DNA of 63,976 nucleotides, from assembly GCA_021158345.1 (NCBI GenBank), contig JAGGUV010000118.1:1-63976 (forward strand), given 5' to 3'. This document shows positions 46,176 to 56,219 of the stretch, in pieces (within the stretch, counting starts at the first letter, position 1; each line of letters starts with the position of its first letter). The notes under the pieces are model-generated. The model was not told where the DNA came from. It saw nothing but the letters and a program-made list of their open reading frames with translations, and searched no databases. The position numbers and the translations under genes are program-made. The DNA is from Bacteroidales bacterium (GTDB lineage Bacteria; Bacteroidota; Bacteroidia; Bacteroidales; AUK083).

Positions 46176-47039
46176 ATGAGGCATCTTAAAATAAAACAAT
46201 TTGAAGAATCTTTCTTTAGGGTAATAATGTTTCTATCTACATTATTAATTGTATTAACATTATTCCTTATCATCTTTACCATTTTGTATAAAGGTCTGCC
46301 ATCATTATCATGGGAAATGATTTCGCAAGTACCAAAAGGAGGCTTTTATTTTGGAAAAGAAGGTGGAATTCTTAATGCCATAATCGGTTCATTATACCTA
46401 TCTTTTGGTGCAACAATAATAGCTATGATTATAAGTTTACCCGTTGCCTTATTTATTAATATTCATTTGGTAAAAAGAAAAAAATTAGTTAATGCCATAA
46501 GATTTATTCTTGATTTATTATGGGGAGTTCCCTCAATAGTATATGGAGCTTTTGGCTTTGCCGTTATGATATATTTCGGATTAAGAACATCATTATTAGC
46601 AGGTATGATAACATTAACATTTTTAATAATACCAATAATGATTAGGTCTATGGATGAAGTATTAAAAACAATACCAATAGGATTAATGGAAGCTTCATTA
46701 TCGTTAGGTTCCACAAGGTCAGAAACAGCTTATAAAATATTTTTCAAACAAAGTCTTCCAGGAATTATTACTGCAATATTATTATCTTTTGGAAGAGCTA
46801 TTGGCGATGCAGCCTCTGTATTGTTTACTACAGGTTATACCGACAATATTCCAACATCAATATCTCAACCGGCTGCTACTCTCCCACTTTCAATATTTTT
46901 TCAATTAACATCACCTATACCTGAAGTACAAAACAGAGCTTATGCATCTGCAATTGTTCTTACTTTTATAATTCTGTTAATAAGCATTTCATCTAGATTT
47001 TTATTTAATAAATTTAATAAACACAATATTAAGTCTTAA
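46176..47039 (+). CDS. pstA: Phosphate ABC transporter permease PstA
   Basis: EASLSLGSTRSETAYKIFFKQSLPGI loop. Position between pstC and pstB. Confidence 0.9.
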   Translation: MRHLKIKQFEESFFRVIMFLSTLLIVLTLFLIIFTILYKGLPSLSWEMISQVPKGGFYFGKEGGILNAIIGSLYLSFGATIIAMIISLPVALFINIHLVKRKKLVNAIRFILDLLWGVPSIVYGAFGFAVMIYFGLRTSLLAGMITLTFLIIPIMIRSMDEVLKTIPIGLMEASLSLGSTRSETAYKIFFKQSLPGIITAILLSFGRAIGDAASVLFTTGYTDNIPTSISQPAATLPLSIFFQLTSPIPEVQNRAYASAIVLTFIILLISISSRFLFNKFNKHNIKS

Positions 47040-47042
47040 ATT

Positions 47043-47804
47043 ATGGATAATGACATTAAAATAAATATTAAAGACCTAAATTTATTTATTGGAAATAAAC
47101 ATATTTTAAAAAATATAAATATTTCGATACCAAATAAAAAACTAACAGTAATATTAGGTCCTTCAGGCTGCGGAAAAACAACTTTGTTGAAAACTCTTAA
47201 CCGCCTGACAGACCTTTATCCTGAAGTAAAAGTAAAAGGAAATATATTTATTGATAATGAAGATATCTTACATACCAATAAAAACATTACAGAAATAAGA
47301 AAAAATATGGGTTTGTTATCGCAACAGCCATATCCTTTGCCAATGAATATTTTCAGAAATGTAACTTATGGTCTGAGAATTAGTGGTAGAAGAAACAGAA
47401 AAATTTTAAAAAACCGTGTTGAACATTATTTAAAACAAGTAAACCTATGGGATGAAGTAAAAGACAGATTAAAAGATTCTGCCTCTCAATTGTCAATTGG
47501 ACAACAACAAAGGTTATGTCTGGCACGTGGCTTGGCTGTTGACCCTGAAATAATTCTTGCAGACGAACCCACTTCTGCTTTAGACCCTATCTCAAGCCAG
47601 ACCATTGAAAATGAATTCTTAACATTTAATGGGAATTATACAATTATTGTAGTTACTCACTCATTGCGTCAGGCTAAAAGAATTGCCGATTATGTAATTT
47701 TTATGTACTTGGGTGAAGTTATTGAACAAAATTCTGCAGATGAATTTTTTAATAATCCTAAAGAAGAAAAAACCAAAGAATATCTTAAAGGAATTTTTAA
47801 CTGA
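47043..47804 (+). CDS. pstB: Phosphate ABC transporter ATP-binding protein PstB
   Basis: GPSGCGKTT, LSIGQQQRLCLARGL, ILADEPTSALD, VTHSLRQA. Confidence 0.95.
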   Translation: MDNDIKINIKDLNLFIGNKHILKNINISIPNKKLTVILGPSGCGKTTLLKTLNRLTDLYPEVKVKGNIFIDNEDILHTNKNITEIRKNMGLLSQQPYPLPMNIFRNVTYGLRISGRRNRKILKNRVEHYLKQVNLWDEVKDRLKDSASQLSIGQQQRLCLARGLAVDPEIILADEPTSALDPISSQTIENEFLTFNGNYTIIVVTHSLRQAKRIADYVIFMYLGEVIEQNSADEFFNNPKEEKTKEYLKGIFN

Positions 47805-47843
47805 TTTTTTTATTCAGGCTTAATTTTCGCAGGAATTAGAATA

Positions 47844-47873
47844 AAACATATTTTTTCTATGAAAAATATGTTT
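47844..47873. terminator. Bidirectional hairpin terminator between pstB and coaE
   Basis: aaacatattttt(t)c-tat-gaaaaatatgttt hairpin between convergent genes. Confidence 0.7.
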
Positions 47874-47879
47874 ATGAAA

Positions 47880-48494
47880 TCAAAAATTGCTTATCTGATT
47901 ATGAATATTTAAAATTTGTGGTAATAATAATTTTTTTTCACTATTATCAATAATAAAATCAGAAGATTTCGCAATAATATTTTCATCATCCTGAGATTCT
48001 ATTCTTTTAAGAACATCTTGTTTAGTTAAATTATTTCTATCCATTACTCTTTTTATTCGTAAAGATAAAGGAGCAGTAACACAAATAATTTTATCCATAT
48101 TTTTATGAAACCCGCTTTGAAACAATATTGCAGCTTCAAAAATAATATATTTTTGAAAATTATTATTATCAATAAATTTTTCAAACTTCAATTTTACGAG
48201 AGGATGTATTATTGAATTTAGTTTTTCTAACTTCTGCTTATCATTAAAAACAATTTGAGCAAGTTTTTTGAAACTAATATTATTATCCTGAATAAAAACC
48301 GAATTAGTAAAATTTTCTTTAATTTTCTGTTTTACAGATTCAATAGAATATAATTTTTTGGCTTCATTATCAGCATTAAAAACTTTAACACCGAATGTTT
48401 TAAAGACATCTGCAACAATAGTTTTTCCACTACCAATTCCGCCGGTAAGACCAATTTTTAGCGGACAATTATTATTCAAAAAAACATCATCCAT
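47880..48494 (-). CDS. coaE: Dephospho-CoA kinase
   Basis: IGLTGGIGSGKT P-loop, about 200 aa, yajC/coaE neighbourhood. Confidence 0.9.
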   Translation of the reverse strand: MDDVFLNNNCPLKIGLTGGIGSGKTIVADVFKTFGVKVFNADNEAKKLYSIESVKQKIKENFTNSVFIQDNNISFKKLAQIVFNDKQKLEKLNSIIHPLVKLKFEKFIDNNNFQKYIIFEAAILFQSGFHKNMDKIICVTAPLSLRIKRVMDRNNLTKQDVLKRIESQDDENIIAKSSDFIIDNSEKKLLLPQILNIHNQISNF

Positions 48495-48501
48495 AAAAAA
48501 A

Positions 48502-49515
48502 TTATTTTAAAATAATATATTCTACTTTTTCAGGTGTTATTTTTGTAATCTTCACAAAATCGGGAGCATTAGCAACTTCTACATCAAGCTTTTTATTATC
48601 CGATATACTATCATCTAAATATTTAGCAATAACAGTAAACATTTTAGTATCAATTCTCTTAAAATCCTTTAAAGCTACTATATAAGTTATTTTAACTCTT
48701 TCGGGAAAAAATTTAAAAACATTTTCGTCCTTTGATGATGATATAACATTAACAGGAGCTTCTAAACTTTCCTCAGTAAATTTTTCAACATCAATAAATA
48801 CTCTGACGAAATTTGTAGAATATTTAATATTAGAATTTACATCAGGCATTATCAGCGGTATATCATCAGCAACCTTTTTATCTAAGAGTAAAAATTTCTT
48901 TTCAGTGGTTTCAACAAAATTAATATCATTGATTACTGAAAACGGGCCTGTTACAACAACGCTGTCTGGGATAAATTTTATGCTGTCATATAAAAGATAC
49001 TGCTTTTGCAGGCTAATTTTAACATTAGATTTTACAGGAAGTTTTTTATTATAAAGCTCATCAAATAATAAAGATAAAGTATCAGGATATATTGAAATAA
49101 TCTCATCCCCAGACTTCAAATTTCTACTAATAACGTTATACAATAAAGAAGTCCTTATGCCGGATTTATAGGTTCTCTTAATTTTTTTAACAGGCAATTT
49201 TGAGACATCAATATAAATTGGTGAATTGCGTGAAAAATATTTAATACTCATTAATCTAAAACCCTTAGCTTTTACTAAAACAGACAAATTTGTATCGCTG
49301 GCATTAACCAACAATTCATTGCTTGGAATATTAGTGAAAACTATAGGATAATTAATATCATCAACATAAAACTGTGATAACTTAATAAGCAACCATATAA
49401 TTATTGCAATAAAAAAACATATAATAAACCCTGAAGCCTGATTCTTTCGTTTCTCATCATCAGAATTTTTATTTTTTTTAAATAAATCAAATAAACCCGG
49501 CGACTTCAATATCAA
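48502..49515 (-). CDS. YbbR-like domain-containing membrane-anchored protein
   Basis: N-terminal TM followed by repeated beta-rich modules. The position between yajC and coaE is conserved in Bacteroidota as I recall it. The family call is tentative. Confidence 0.5.
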   Translation of the reverse strand: MILKSPGLFDLFKKNKNSDDEKRKNQASGFIICFFIAIIIWLLIKLSQFYVDDINYPIVFTNIPSNELLVNASDTNLSVLVKAKGFRLMSIKYFSRNSPIYIDVSKLPVKKIKRTYKSGIRTSLLYNVISRNLKSGDEIISIYPDTLSLLFDELYNKKLPVKSNVKISLQKQYLLYDSIKFIPDSVVVTGPFSVINDINFVETTEKKFLLLDKKVADDIPLIMPDVNSNIKYSTNFVRVFIDVEKFTEESLEAPVNVISSSKDENVFKFFPERVKITYIVALKDFKRIDTKMFTVIAKYLDDSISDNKKLDVEVANAPDFVKITKITPEKVEYIILK

Positions 49516-49851
49516 TTATTTTTTTTCAGACATTTGATTAGAAAATTCAGAAGCAATAGCTGATTTTTCAAGTTTTAGCTTATTTTGCCCCTCTGTTTCA
49601 ACAATAACAGTAGTTTCTCTTACTTCTACAATTTTACCATGAATACCACCAATTGTAACAATTTTGTCACCTTTTTTTAAAGACTCTCTGAATTTTTTTT
49701 GCTCTTTTGCTTTTTTTGTCTGTGGTCTGATCATAAAAAAATAAAATACCACAAATATCAAAGCTAACATTATCAGCATTGAATAGCCACCACCTTTTTG
49801 ATCGGACTGTGTTTGTCCTGCCATTAAAATTACATTCATTAAATTCATCAT
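49516..49851 (-). CDS. yajC: Preprotein translocase subunit YajC
   Basis: FFMIRPQTKKAKEQKKFRESLKKGDKIVTIGGIHGKIVEV. Confidence 0.9.
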   Translation of the reverse strand: MMNLMNVILMAGQTQSDQKGGGYSMLIMLALIFVVFYFFMIRPQTKKAKEQKKFRESLKKGDKIVTIGGIHGKIVEVRETTVIVETEGQNKLKLEKSAIASEFSNQMSEKK

Positions 49852-49876
49852 AATTTTTTGTTTTTATAGATTAATA

Positions 49877-50341
49877 CTAATTTTTTTCAGGTATATAAAT
49901 TACTGCTTTAATTCTCAAAACTTTAGTATTTGGTTGAGTATTTGAAACTATAGTAATTGTTTTATTCTGAAAACCTATTCTCCCATTACTATCGAATTTC
50001 ACATCAATTATAGCTTCTTCACCGGGATGTATGGGCCTTTCAGGGAAAGTGGGCACAGTACAACCACATGAAGTACTTACGCTTGCTATTATCAAATCAG
50101 CGTTTCCGACATTTTTAAATTTAAATGCAAAAGAAACCTGTTCTCCCTGAATAAGTTTTCCGAAATCATGGACTTCTTCATTAAACTTAATTTCAGGCAA
50201 CAGAACTTTTTTTGCATGTTTTTCAGCACTATTCGGATTATATACATTTTTTGTAGATATCTGATCCTTATCACTATTATTTCCACACGAATAAAATAAT
50301 ACTGATATTATCATCAAAATATATAAAACTATTTTACTCAT
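49877..50341 (-). CDS. DUF1573 domain-containing lipoprotein
   Basis: FYSCGN lipobox. HDFGKLIQGEQVSFAFKFKNVGNADLIIASVSTSCGCT is the DUF1573 pattern. Confidence 0.8.
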   Translation of the reverse strand: MSKIVLYILMIISVLFYSCGNNSDKDQISTKNVYNPNSAEKHAKKVLLPEIKFNEEVHDFGKLIQGEQVSFAFKFKNVGNADLIIASVSTSCGCTVPTFPERPIHPGEEAIIDVKFDSNGRIGFQNKTITIVSNTQPNTKVLRIKAVIYIPEKN

Positions 50342-50452
50342 AATTACTTTTTTTGTCTCAAAAATATTTGTTAAAAATACTAATTAAATAAATTCTATAA
50401 CAAATATATTTGAGGAAATTAAAATAAACTAACATAAGAGCCCCATTAGGTA

Positions 50453-51412
50453 TTATTCTAACAAGCCCCTTCCAATTTTTTTGATTTTATTATTTTTTTT
50501 CAAATCTGCTACAAGCTTATCAAGCATACCATTAATAAATGATTTACTATTAGGAGAACTGAAGATTTTAGATATTTCAATATATTCATTCATCGAAACT
50601 TTTAAAGGAACATAGGGAAACTCCAAAAACTCTACTAAAGCCATTTTAATAATAATAACATCAATAATAGCAATTCTATCCAAATCCCAATTTTTAGCTT
50701 TCTCATTAATTAATTCATCAAATTCTTTTGACCTTAAAATTGATTTCTTAAATAAATCCTTCACCATTTGTACATATTCATTATTACCCTCAGGTGTGAG
50801 TTTATATAATGAAGGCAAAGAAGTATATTCATCCCATGATTGTTTATACGATTTAATGGTTTTTATTATCATAAAATTTACAATCTCATAATCATATACC
50901 CAATTTATATTTTTTTCTTCATAAAATGATTTTAAAATATCGTCCGGTAAAATAATTTTTTTTAAAAGTTTAATAACAATTTTTTTATCAGCTTCATAAG
51001 AATTATTATCGGAATTCATATATTCTATATAGAAACTGGAATTCTTAATCTTTTTATATAATTTTAATATTAAATCATTCTGTTCATGCCATGAAATCTT
51101 TCTTAACTCAATATGTTTTATCAATGATTTATTTGTTGATAATTGCTTTAAAAATTTGTTATCAATAAATTTTGTATTAGGATTAATTTCTTCTTCTGTG
51201 GGGAAAAATTTTTGTTTATTTTCTTCGGAGCGGAACTTTACAAATTCAATGATTTCAACTAAAAATGAAAGTTGATAAATAAATAAATCATACATCTTTT
51301 CAATATCTGATAGAACTTGTTTTTCTGCAGTAATAATATTTTTATTATCAGATTGAAAATAAGCATATAAAGCTTGTAAAACTTTTATTCTTAGCTGCCT
51401 TCTGTTTATCAT
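50453..51412 (-). CDS. nusB: Transcription antitermination factor NusB (long Bacteroidota form)
   Basis: MINRRQLRIKVLQALYAY at the N-terminus. The C-terminal NusB core has WDLDRIAIIDVIIIKMALVE...EYIEISK...FINGMLDK. Confidence 0.85.
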   Translation of the reverse strand: MINRRQLRIKVLQALYAYFQSDNKNIITAEKQVLSDIEKMYDLFIYQLSFLVEIIEFVKFRSEENKQKFFPTEEEINPNTKFIDNKFLKQLSTNKSLIKHIELRKISWHEQNDLILKLYKKIKNSSFYIEYMNSDNNSYEADKKIVIKLLKKIILPDDILKSFYEEKNINWVYDYEIVNFMIIKTIKSYKQSWDEYTSLPSLYKLTPEGNNEYVQMVKDLFKKSILRSKEFDELINEKAKNWDLDRIAIIDVIIIKMALVEFLEFPYVPLKVSMNEYIEISKIFSSPNSKSFINGMLDKLVADLKKNNKIKKIGRGLLE

Positions 51413-51654
51413 TGTTAAGAACTTTCTTTTTATATTTCTGCAAAATTAATTTTTTTTTAAAATAATTTGATATTTCTGCAAATATTTATTTTTACTATTT
51501 ATAAAAATGATAAAAAAAAACTTAAATTACAAACGAATAAATTTGATATAAATAGCTTATTGTATAAATTGGGTAAAAAAATTTTATTATTATTTTTTGA
51601 TTAAATAAATTTATTTTTAATTTTGATTATTATTTATTAATAAAAAAAGATAAA

Positions 51655-52014
51655 ATGGAAGAGAGTGAAAATAAAGAAAGAAGAGAAGACATTTTTTCAA
51701 AAGTAGTCAGAGCAGGTAAAAGAACTTACTTTTTTGATGTAAAAGAAATGAAATCAGGAGAGTATTATCTTACTATTACTGAAAGTAAAAGACGATTTGA
51801 TAATGACCATGGTAAATTTTATTATGAAAAACATAAATTATTCTTGTACAAAGAAGATTTTGAAAGATTTTCAGATGCTTTTAAAGAAACTCTTGAGTTC
51901 ATTAAAACAGAAAATGCTTCTGATGAACCAATAGAAGATAATACTAAAGATGCTGATAAAACCAAGGTTGATGTTAAATTTGAAGATCTAAAATCTGATA
52001 ATAACGAAGAATAA
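51655..52014 (+). CDS. PUR-alpha-like nucleic-acid-binding protein (DUF3276)
   Basis: IFSKVVRAGKRTYFFDVKEMKSGEYYLTITESKR...HKLFLYKEDFERF. Confidence 0.8.
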   Translation: MEESENKERREDIFSKVVRAGKRTYFFDVKEMKSGEYYLTITESKRRFDNDHGKFYYEKHKLFLYKEDFERFSDAFKETLEFIKTENASDEPIEDNTKDADKTKVDVKFEDLKSDNNEE

Positions 52015-52279
52015 CTTTTAAAAAAATATCCAACAATTAGGATATCTTCTATACTTAACATTTTCTATTATAACATTATAAATAACATTTAATAAAATGT
52101 TATTTTGTTTCTTTTTGTTAATAAAAAAATTATTTAGTTAATAATATTTTTATCTTAATATGTCATCTGAAAATTTAAAAGTATATTTTTGTAAAGATTT
52201 TTTTACTGATAAAGATGAAATAGCAAAAAAATCATAATATTTTTTTAATCATCTTTAATAATTAAAAAAATTAAGACAT

Positions 52280-52963
52280 ATGAAAATAACTTATTACGGA
52301 CATGCAAGTTTTATTGTTGAAATAAATAATAAAAAATTATTATTTGATCCCTTTATTTCAATAAATCCATTAGCCTCACATATAGACATTTCGTCAATAA
52401 AAACTGATTACATATTAATTTCACATGGACATAGGGATCATATTCTCAATACTTTAGAAATAGCTAAAGCAAACAATGCTACAATAATATCAAACCCTGA
52501 AATCAGTAATTGGTTTATTAATAAAGGCTATAAAAATACTTGCCCCCTTAATACCGGCGGAAAACATTTGTTTGATTTCGGAATAGTAAAATTAACAAAT
52601 GCCATTCATTCGAGTGTTTTACCTGACGGGACAAACGGAGGCAATCCAGGAGGTTTTTATATTGAAACCGGAGATTCGGCTTTTTATTTTGCAGGTGATA
52701 CAGCACTTAGTATGGACATGAAATTAATTGGTAATAATAAAAAAATTATATTTGCTTTTTTACCTATTGGAGACACATATACTATGGGTATAGATGATGC
52801 TATAATTGCATCCGATTTTATTAAATGTAATACTATTATTGGAATGCATTATGATACATTTCCTGATATTATTATTAATAAAAAAGAAGCTATTGATAAA
52901 TTCTCTGCATCAGGTAAAAAATTAATTTTAATGAATATAGGTAAAGAAATAATAATAAATTAA
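52280..52963 (+). CDS. Metal-dependent hydrolase, MBL fold (UPF0173 family)
   Basis: MKITYYGHASF...FDPF...ISHGHRDH. Confidence 0.85.
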   Translation: MKITYYGHASFIVEINNKKLLFDPFISINPLASHIDISSIKTDYILISHGHRDHILNTLEIAKANNATIISNPEISNWFINKGYKNTCPLNTGGKHLFDFGIVKLTNAIHSSVLPDGTNGGNPGGFYIETGDSAFYFAGDTALSMDMKLIGNNKKIIFAFLPIGDTYTMGIDDAIIASDFIKCNTIIGMHYDTFPDIIINKKEAIDKFSASGKKLILMNIGKEIIIN

Positions 52964-52966
52964 CAT

Positions 52967-53779
52967 ATGGGAAAAGTCATTGCTATTGCAAACCAAAAAG
53001 GCGGCGTTGGTAAAACCACTACTGCCATTAATCTCAGTGCCAGTTTGGCAATATTAGAATATAAAACGCTTGTGATTGATGCTGACCCTCAATCTAATTC
53101 CACCTCAGGGCTTGGCTTTGAATTGAAAAATATTAACACCAGTATTTATGAGTGTCTTATTGATAATGTTGACCCAAAAAAAACTATTCTTAATACTAAA
53201 ACACCAAATCTCGACCTAATACCTTCGCATATCGACCTTGTAGGTGCAGAAATTGAAATGATAAATCTGCCAAATAGAGAGAAAATGCTGCTTAAAGTAA
53301 TTAATAAAGTTAAAGATGTTTATGACTTTGTTATTATTGACTGCTCCCCATCATTAGGGTTAATAACTGTTAATGCCCTTACTGCCGCCGATTCGGTAAT
53401 AATTCCCATACAGTGTGAATATTTTGCTTTGGAAGGTCTCGGGAAATTACTCAATACCATTAAAATTATCCAATCACGGTTAAACCCGTCTTTAGATATT
53501 GAAGGGTTATTACTTACAATGTATGACAGCAGATTGCGATTATCAAAACAAGTTGTTCAGGAAATAAAAACTCATTTTCAACAAATGGTATTTGATACAA
53601 TTATCTCCAGAAATATAAGACTTAGCGAGGCACCCAGTTTTGGAGAAACAATTATTATGCATGATGTTAAAAGTTCAGGAGCAATAAATTACTTAAATTT
53701 AGCACGTGAAATTTTACAGAAAAACAACCTTACAATAATTAGTAAATCAGAAAAAAGCAACAATATAAATGACAATTAA
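52967..53779 (+). CDS. parA: Chromosome partitioning ATPase ParA/Soj
   Basis: IAIANQKGGVGKTTTAINL deviant Walker A, IDADPQSNST, IIDCSPSLG. Confidence 0.95.
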   Translation: MGKVIAIANQKGGVGKTTTAINLSASLAILEYKTLVIDADPQSNSTSGLGFELKNINTSIYECLIDNVDPKKTILNTKTPNLDLIPSHIDLVGAEIEMINLPNREKMLLKVINKVKDVYDFVIIDCSPSLGLITVNALTAADSVIIPIQCEYFALEGLGKLLNTIKIIQSRLNPSLDIEGLLLTMYDSRLRLSKQVVQEIKTHFQQMVFDTIISRNIRLSEAPSFGETIIMHDVKSSGAINYLNLAREILQKNNLTIISKSEKSNNINDN

Positions 53780-54671
53780 TAAAAAAAGAGCATTAGGAAG
53801 AGGTCTTAATGCAATATTAGAAAGCCCTGATACTGATATCACTTCAAAAGACATATCAGGCAACTATGTAGTAGGAGCTATTGCAAAAATAAAAACAGAT
53901 AAAATTATTGCTAATCCTTTTCAACCTCGTACTGATTTTGAAGAACAGGCCTTGAAAGAATTAGCAGAATCAATAAAAAAACAAGGCATTATTCAACCTA
54001 TTACTGTCAGAAAATTAGGTTATGATAAATATCAACTTATCTCAGGTGAAAGACGATTAAAGGCGTCTTCTATGGCAGGATTAGATGAAATCCCTGCATA
54101 TATTCGTGTTGCCAACGACCAACAAATGCTAGAAATGTCTCTTGTGGAAAATATCCAACGTAAAAGTCTTAATGCTATTGAAATTGCTATCAGTTATCAA
54201 CGTCTTATTAAAGAATGTGATCTTACACAAGAAAAATTAAGCGCTAATGTTGGCAAAGACAGAACCACTATTTCTAATTACCTGCGATTACTGAAACTCC
54301 CTGCTGAAATTCAAATTGCTCTTAGAGATGGAATTATTACTGTGGGACATGCCAGAGCTATTATTAATATCGAAGACGCTGAAACTCAATTAAATATTTT
54401 CAAAAATATTATTAAGAAAAATTTATCCGTTCGTGCTGTTGAAGATATTGTTAGAAACATTAATAATGTTAAACCAAAAGCAAAACCCAAAAATATTCCT
54501 CTACCAGAAAAATACAAATCTGCAAAAAACAAACTTTCTGATAAATTTAATACTAATATTGATATCAAAAGAGATGCTAAAGGAAAAGGAAAAATTGTTT
54601 TTACTTTTAAATCCGACAAAGAACTAAATAATATTATTTCTATTATTGACAAGAACATTCTTGACGATTAA
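53769..54671 (+). CDS. parB: Chromosome partitioning protein ParB/Spo0J
   Basis: ALGRGLNAIL, NPFQPR, GIIQPITVR, LISGERRLKAS, HTH region QEKLSANVGKDRTTISNYLRLL. It overlaps parA by 11 nt. Confidence 0.95.
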   Translation: MTINKKRALGRGLNAILESPDTDITSKDISGNYVVGAIAKIKTDKIIANPFQPRTDFEEQALKELAESIKKQGIIQPITVRKLGYDKYQLISGERRLKASSMAGLDEIPAYIRVANDQQMLEMSLVENIQRKSLNAIEIAISYQRLIKECDLTQEKLSANVGKDRTTISNYLRLLKLPAEIQIALRDGIITVGHARAIINIEDAETQLNIFKNIIKKNLSVRAVEDIVRNINNVKPKAKPKNIPLPEKYKSAKNKLSDKFNTNIDIKRDAKGKGKIVFTFKSDKELNNIISIIDKNILDD

Positions 54672-55263
54672 TATTTACATTAAAAAATTTATCAAAGTGT
54701 TAAAAAGATTTTTTCTTATCATATTATTATCATTTTTATGCTTTTCAAACAAAGGCATTTCACAAAATAATAATAAAGAGATACGTCTTGACACTCTTTC
54801 AACAAAAATTCATTCACCCAAAAAGGCAACTATTTACTCTGCAATTTTACCAGGATTAGGACAAGCATATAATAAAAAATACTGGAAAATCCCCATTATA
54901 TATGCAGGCTTTGGCACATTAATATATTTTATAAACACCAACTCTAAAGAATACCATAAATTCCTTGACGCATACGTATATAAATTAAATAAGGATACAT
55001 TCCCTACAAACAACGAATATGTCACACGTTATGAACTTGCAGACCTGAAAACAGGCAAAGATTATTACAGACGAAATATGGAATTGTCTTACCTCTTAAC
55101 AGGTTTCTGGTATGTTATTAATATTATTGATGCTAATGTCGATGCTAATCTTTTTGATTATGATATTAGCGATGATTTGTCATTAAAAATTGAACCATGG
55201 TTTAATAAACCAAAACGTTTTGTGAAATCAGTACCCGGAGTGAAGTTGACTTTTAATTTTTAG
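54646..55263 (+). CDS. DUF5683 domain-containing protein
   Basis: SAILPGLGQAYNKKYWKIPIIYAG motif. The tracked start is TTG. An in-frame GTG at 54697 (VLKRFFLIILLSF...) is a plausible alternative. Confidence 0.75.
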   Translation: MTRTFLTINIYIKKFIKVLKRFFLIILLSFLCFSNKGISQNNNKEIRLDTLSTKIHSPKKATIYSAILPGLGQAYNKKYWKIPIIYAGFGTLIYFINTNSKEYHKFLDAYVYKLNKDTFPTNNEYVTRYELADLKTGKDYYRRNMELSYLLTGFWYVINIIDANVDANLFDYDISDDLSLKIEPWFNKPKRFVKSVPGVKLTFNF

Positions 55264-55286
55264 ATTTAATCTATACATATAAACAT

Positions 55287-56009
55287 ATGAAAATAAGCAT
55301 TTTGGGATATGGGAAGATGGGTAAAGAAATTGAAAAAATTGCCCTTGAACATAGTCATAAAATTTTAACAAAAATTGATAACCCAGAAGATTGGAGAAAA
55401 AATATTTCTTTATTTAAAAAATCGGATATTGCTATTGATTTCAGCACTCCTCAAACTGCTATACCTAATATTTATAAATGTTTTGAATATAACATTCCCA
55501 TTGTGATAGGTACTACAGGTTGGTATGAAAAATTTGAAGAAATAAAAAAATTTACAATCAACAATAACAAAGCATTATTTTATGCTTCAAATTTTAGCAT
55601 TGGCGTTAATATTTTTTTTAAAATAAATAATATTCTTGCTAAAATTATGAACGGGCACAAAGAATATAATGTTAAAATACAGGAGACACATCATATTCAT
55701 AAACTTGACGCACCAAGTGGTACAGCCATAACACTGGCTAATGGAATTATCGAAAATCTGGATAATAAAAAGTCATGGACAAATAACAAAACCAATAAAA
55801 ATGAAGAACTTGAGATAACCTCAATACGGAAAGGTGAAATTTCAGGTATTCATTCTGTTGAATATGATTCTGATTTTGATACTATTGAATTAAAACATTC
55901 GGCTAAAAGCAGAAAAGCATTTGCAATGGGTGCTATTATTGCAGCTGAATGGCTTTATGGAAAAAAAGGAGTCTTTAATATGAACGATATTTTATCTGAA
56001 AACAAATAA
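55287..56009 (+). CDS. dapB: 4-hydroxy-tetrahydrodipicolinate reductase
   Basis: MKISILGYGKMGKEI, IDFSTP, GTTGW, ETHHIHKLDAPSGTA. Confidence 0.93.
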   Translation: MKISILGYGKMGKEIEKIALEHSHKILTKIDNPEDWRKNISLFKKSDIAIDFSTPQTAIPNIYKCFEYNIPIVIGTTGWYEKFEEIKKFTINNNKALFYASNFSIGVNIFFKINNILAKIMNGHKEYNVKIQETHHIHKLDAPSGTAITLANGIIENLDNKKSWTNNKTNKNEELEITSIRKGEISGIHSVEYDSDFDTIELKHSAKSRKAFAMGAIIAAEWLYGKKGVFNMNDILSENK

Positions 56010-56219
56010 TGAAAAAACCAACCACAAATTACACTCGTGATAAAAATTAAAATTATAATAGATTTTATCTTTAACAATCTGTGAATTTGTGACATTATTT
56101 GTGTTTATTTGTTTTCGATATTAACTCAATAATTATAATTTTAACATTTTTTATAATTATAATTTTTGAAAATCCATTTTTTTTTTAATATTTGTAATCT
56201 TAATATAAAAAATATATAA

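Noticed and set aside
52967-54671. A canonical parS site (TGTTNCACGTGAAACA) in or around parAB
   Set aside because: I did not find it on visual scanning of the parAB region. Absence cannot be proven without a pattern search, so nothing is reported.
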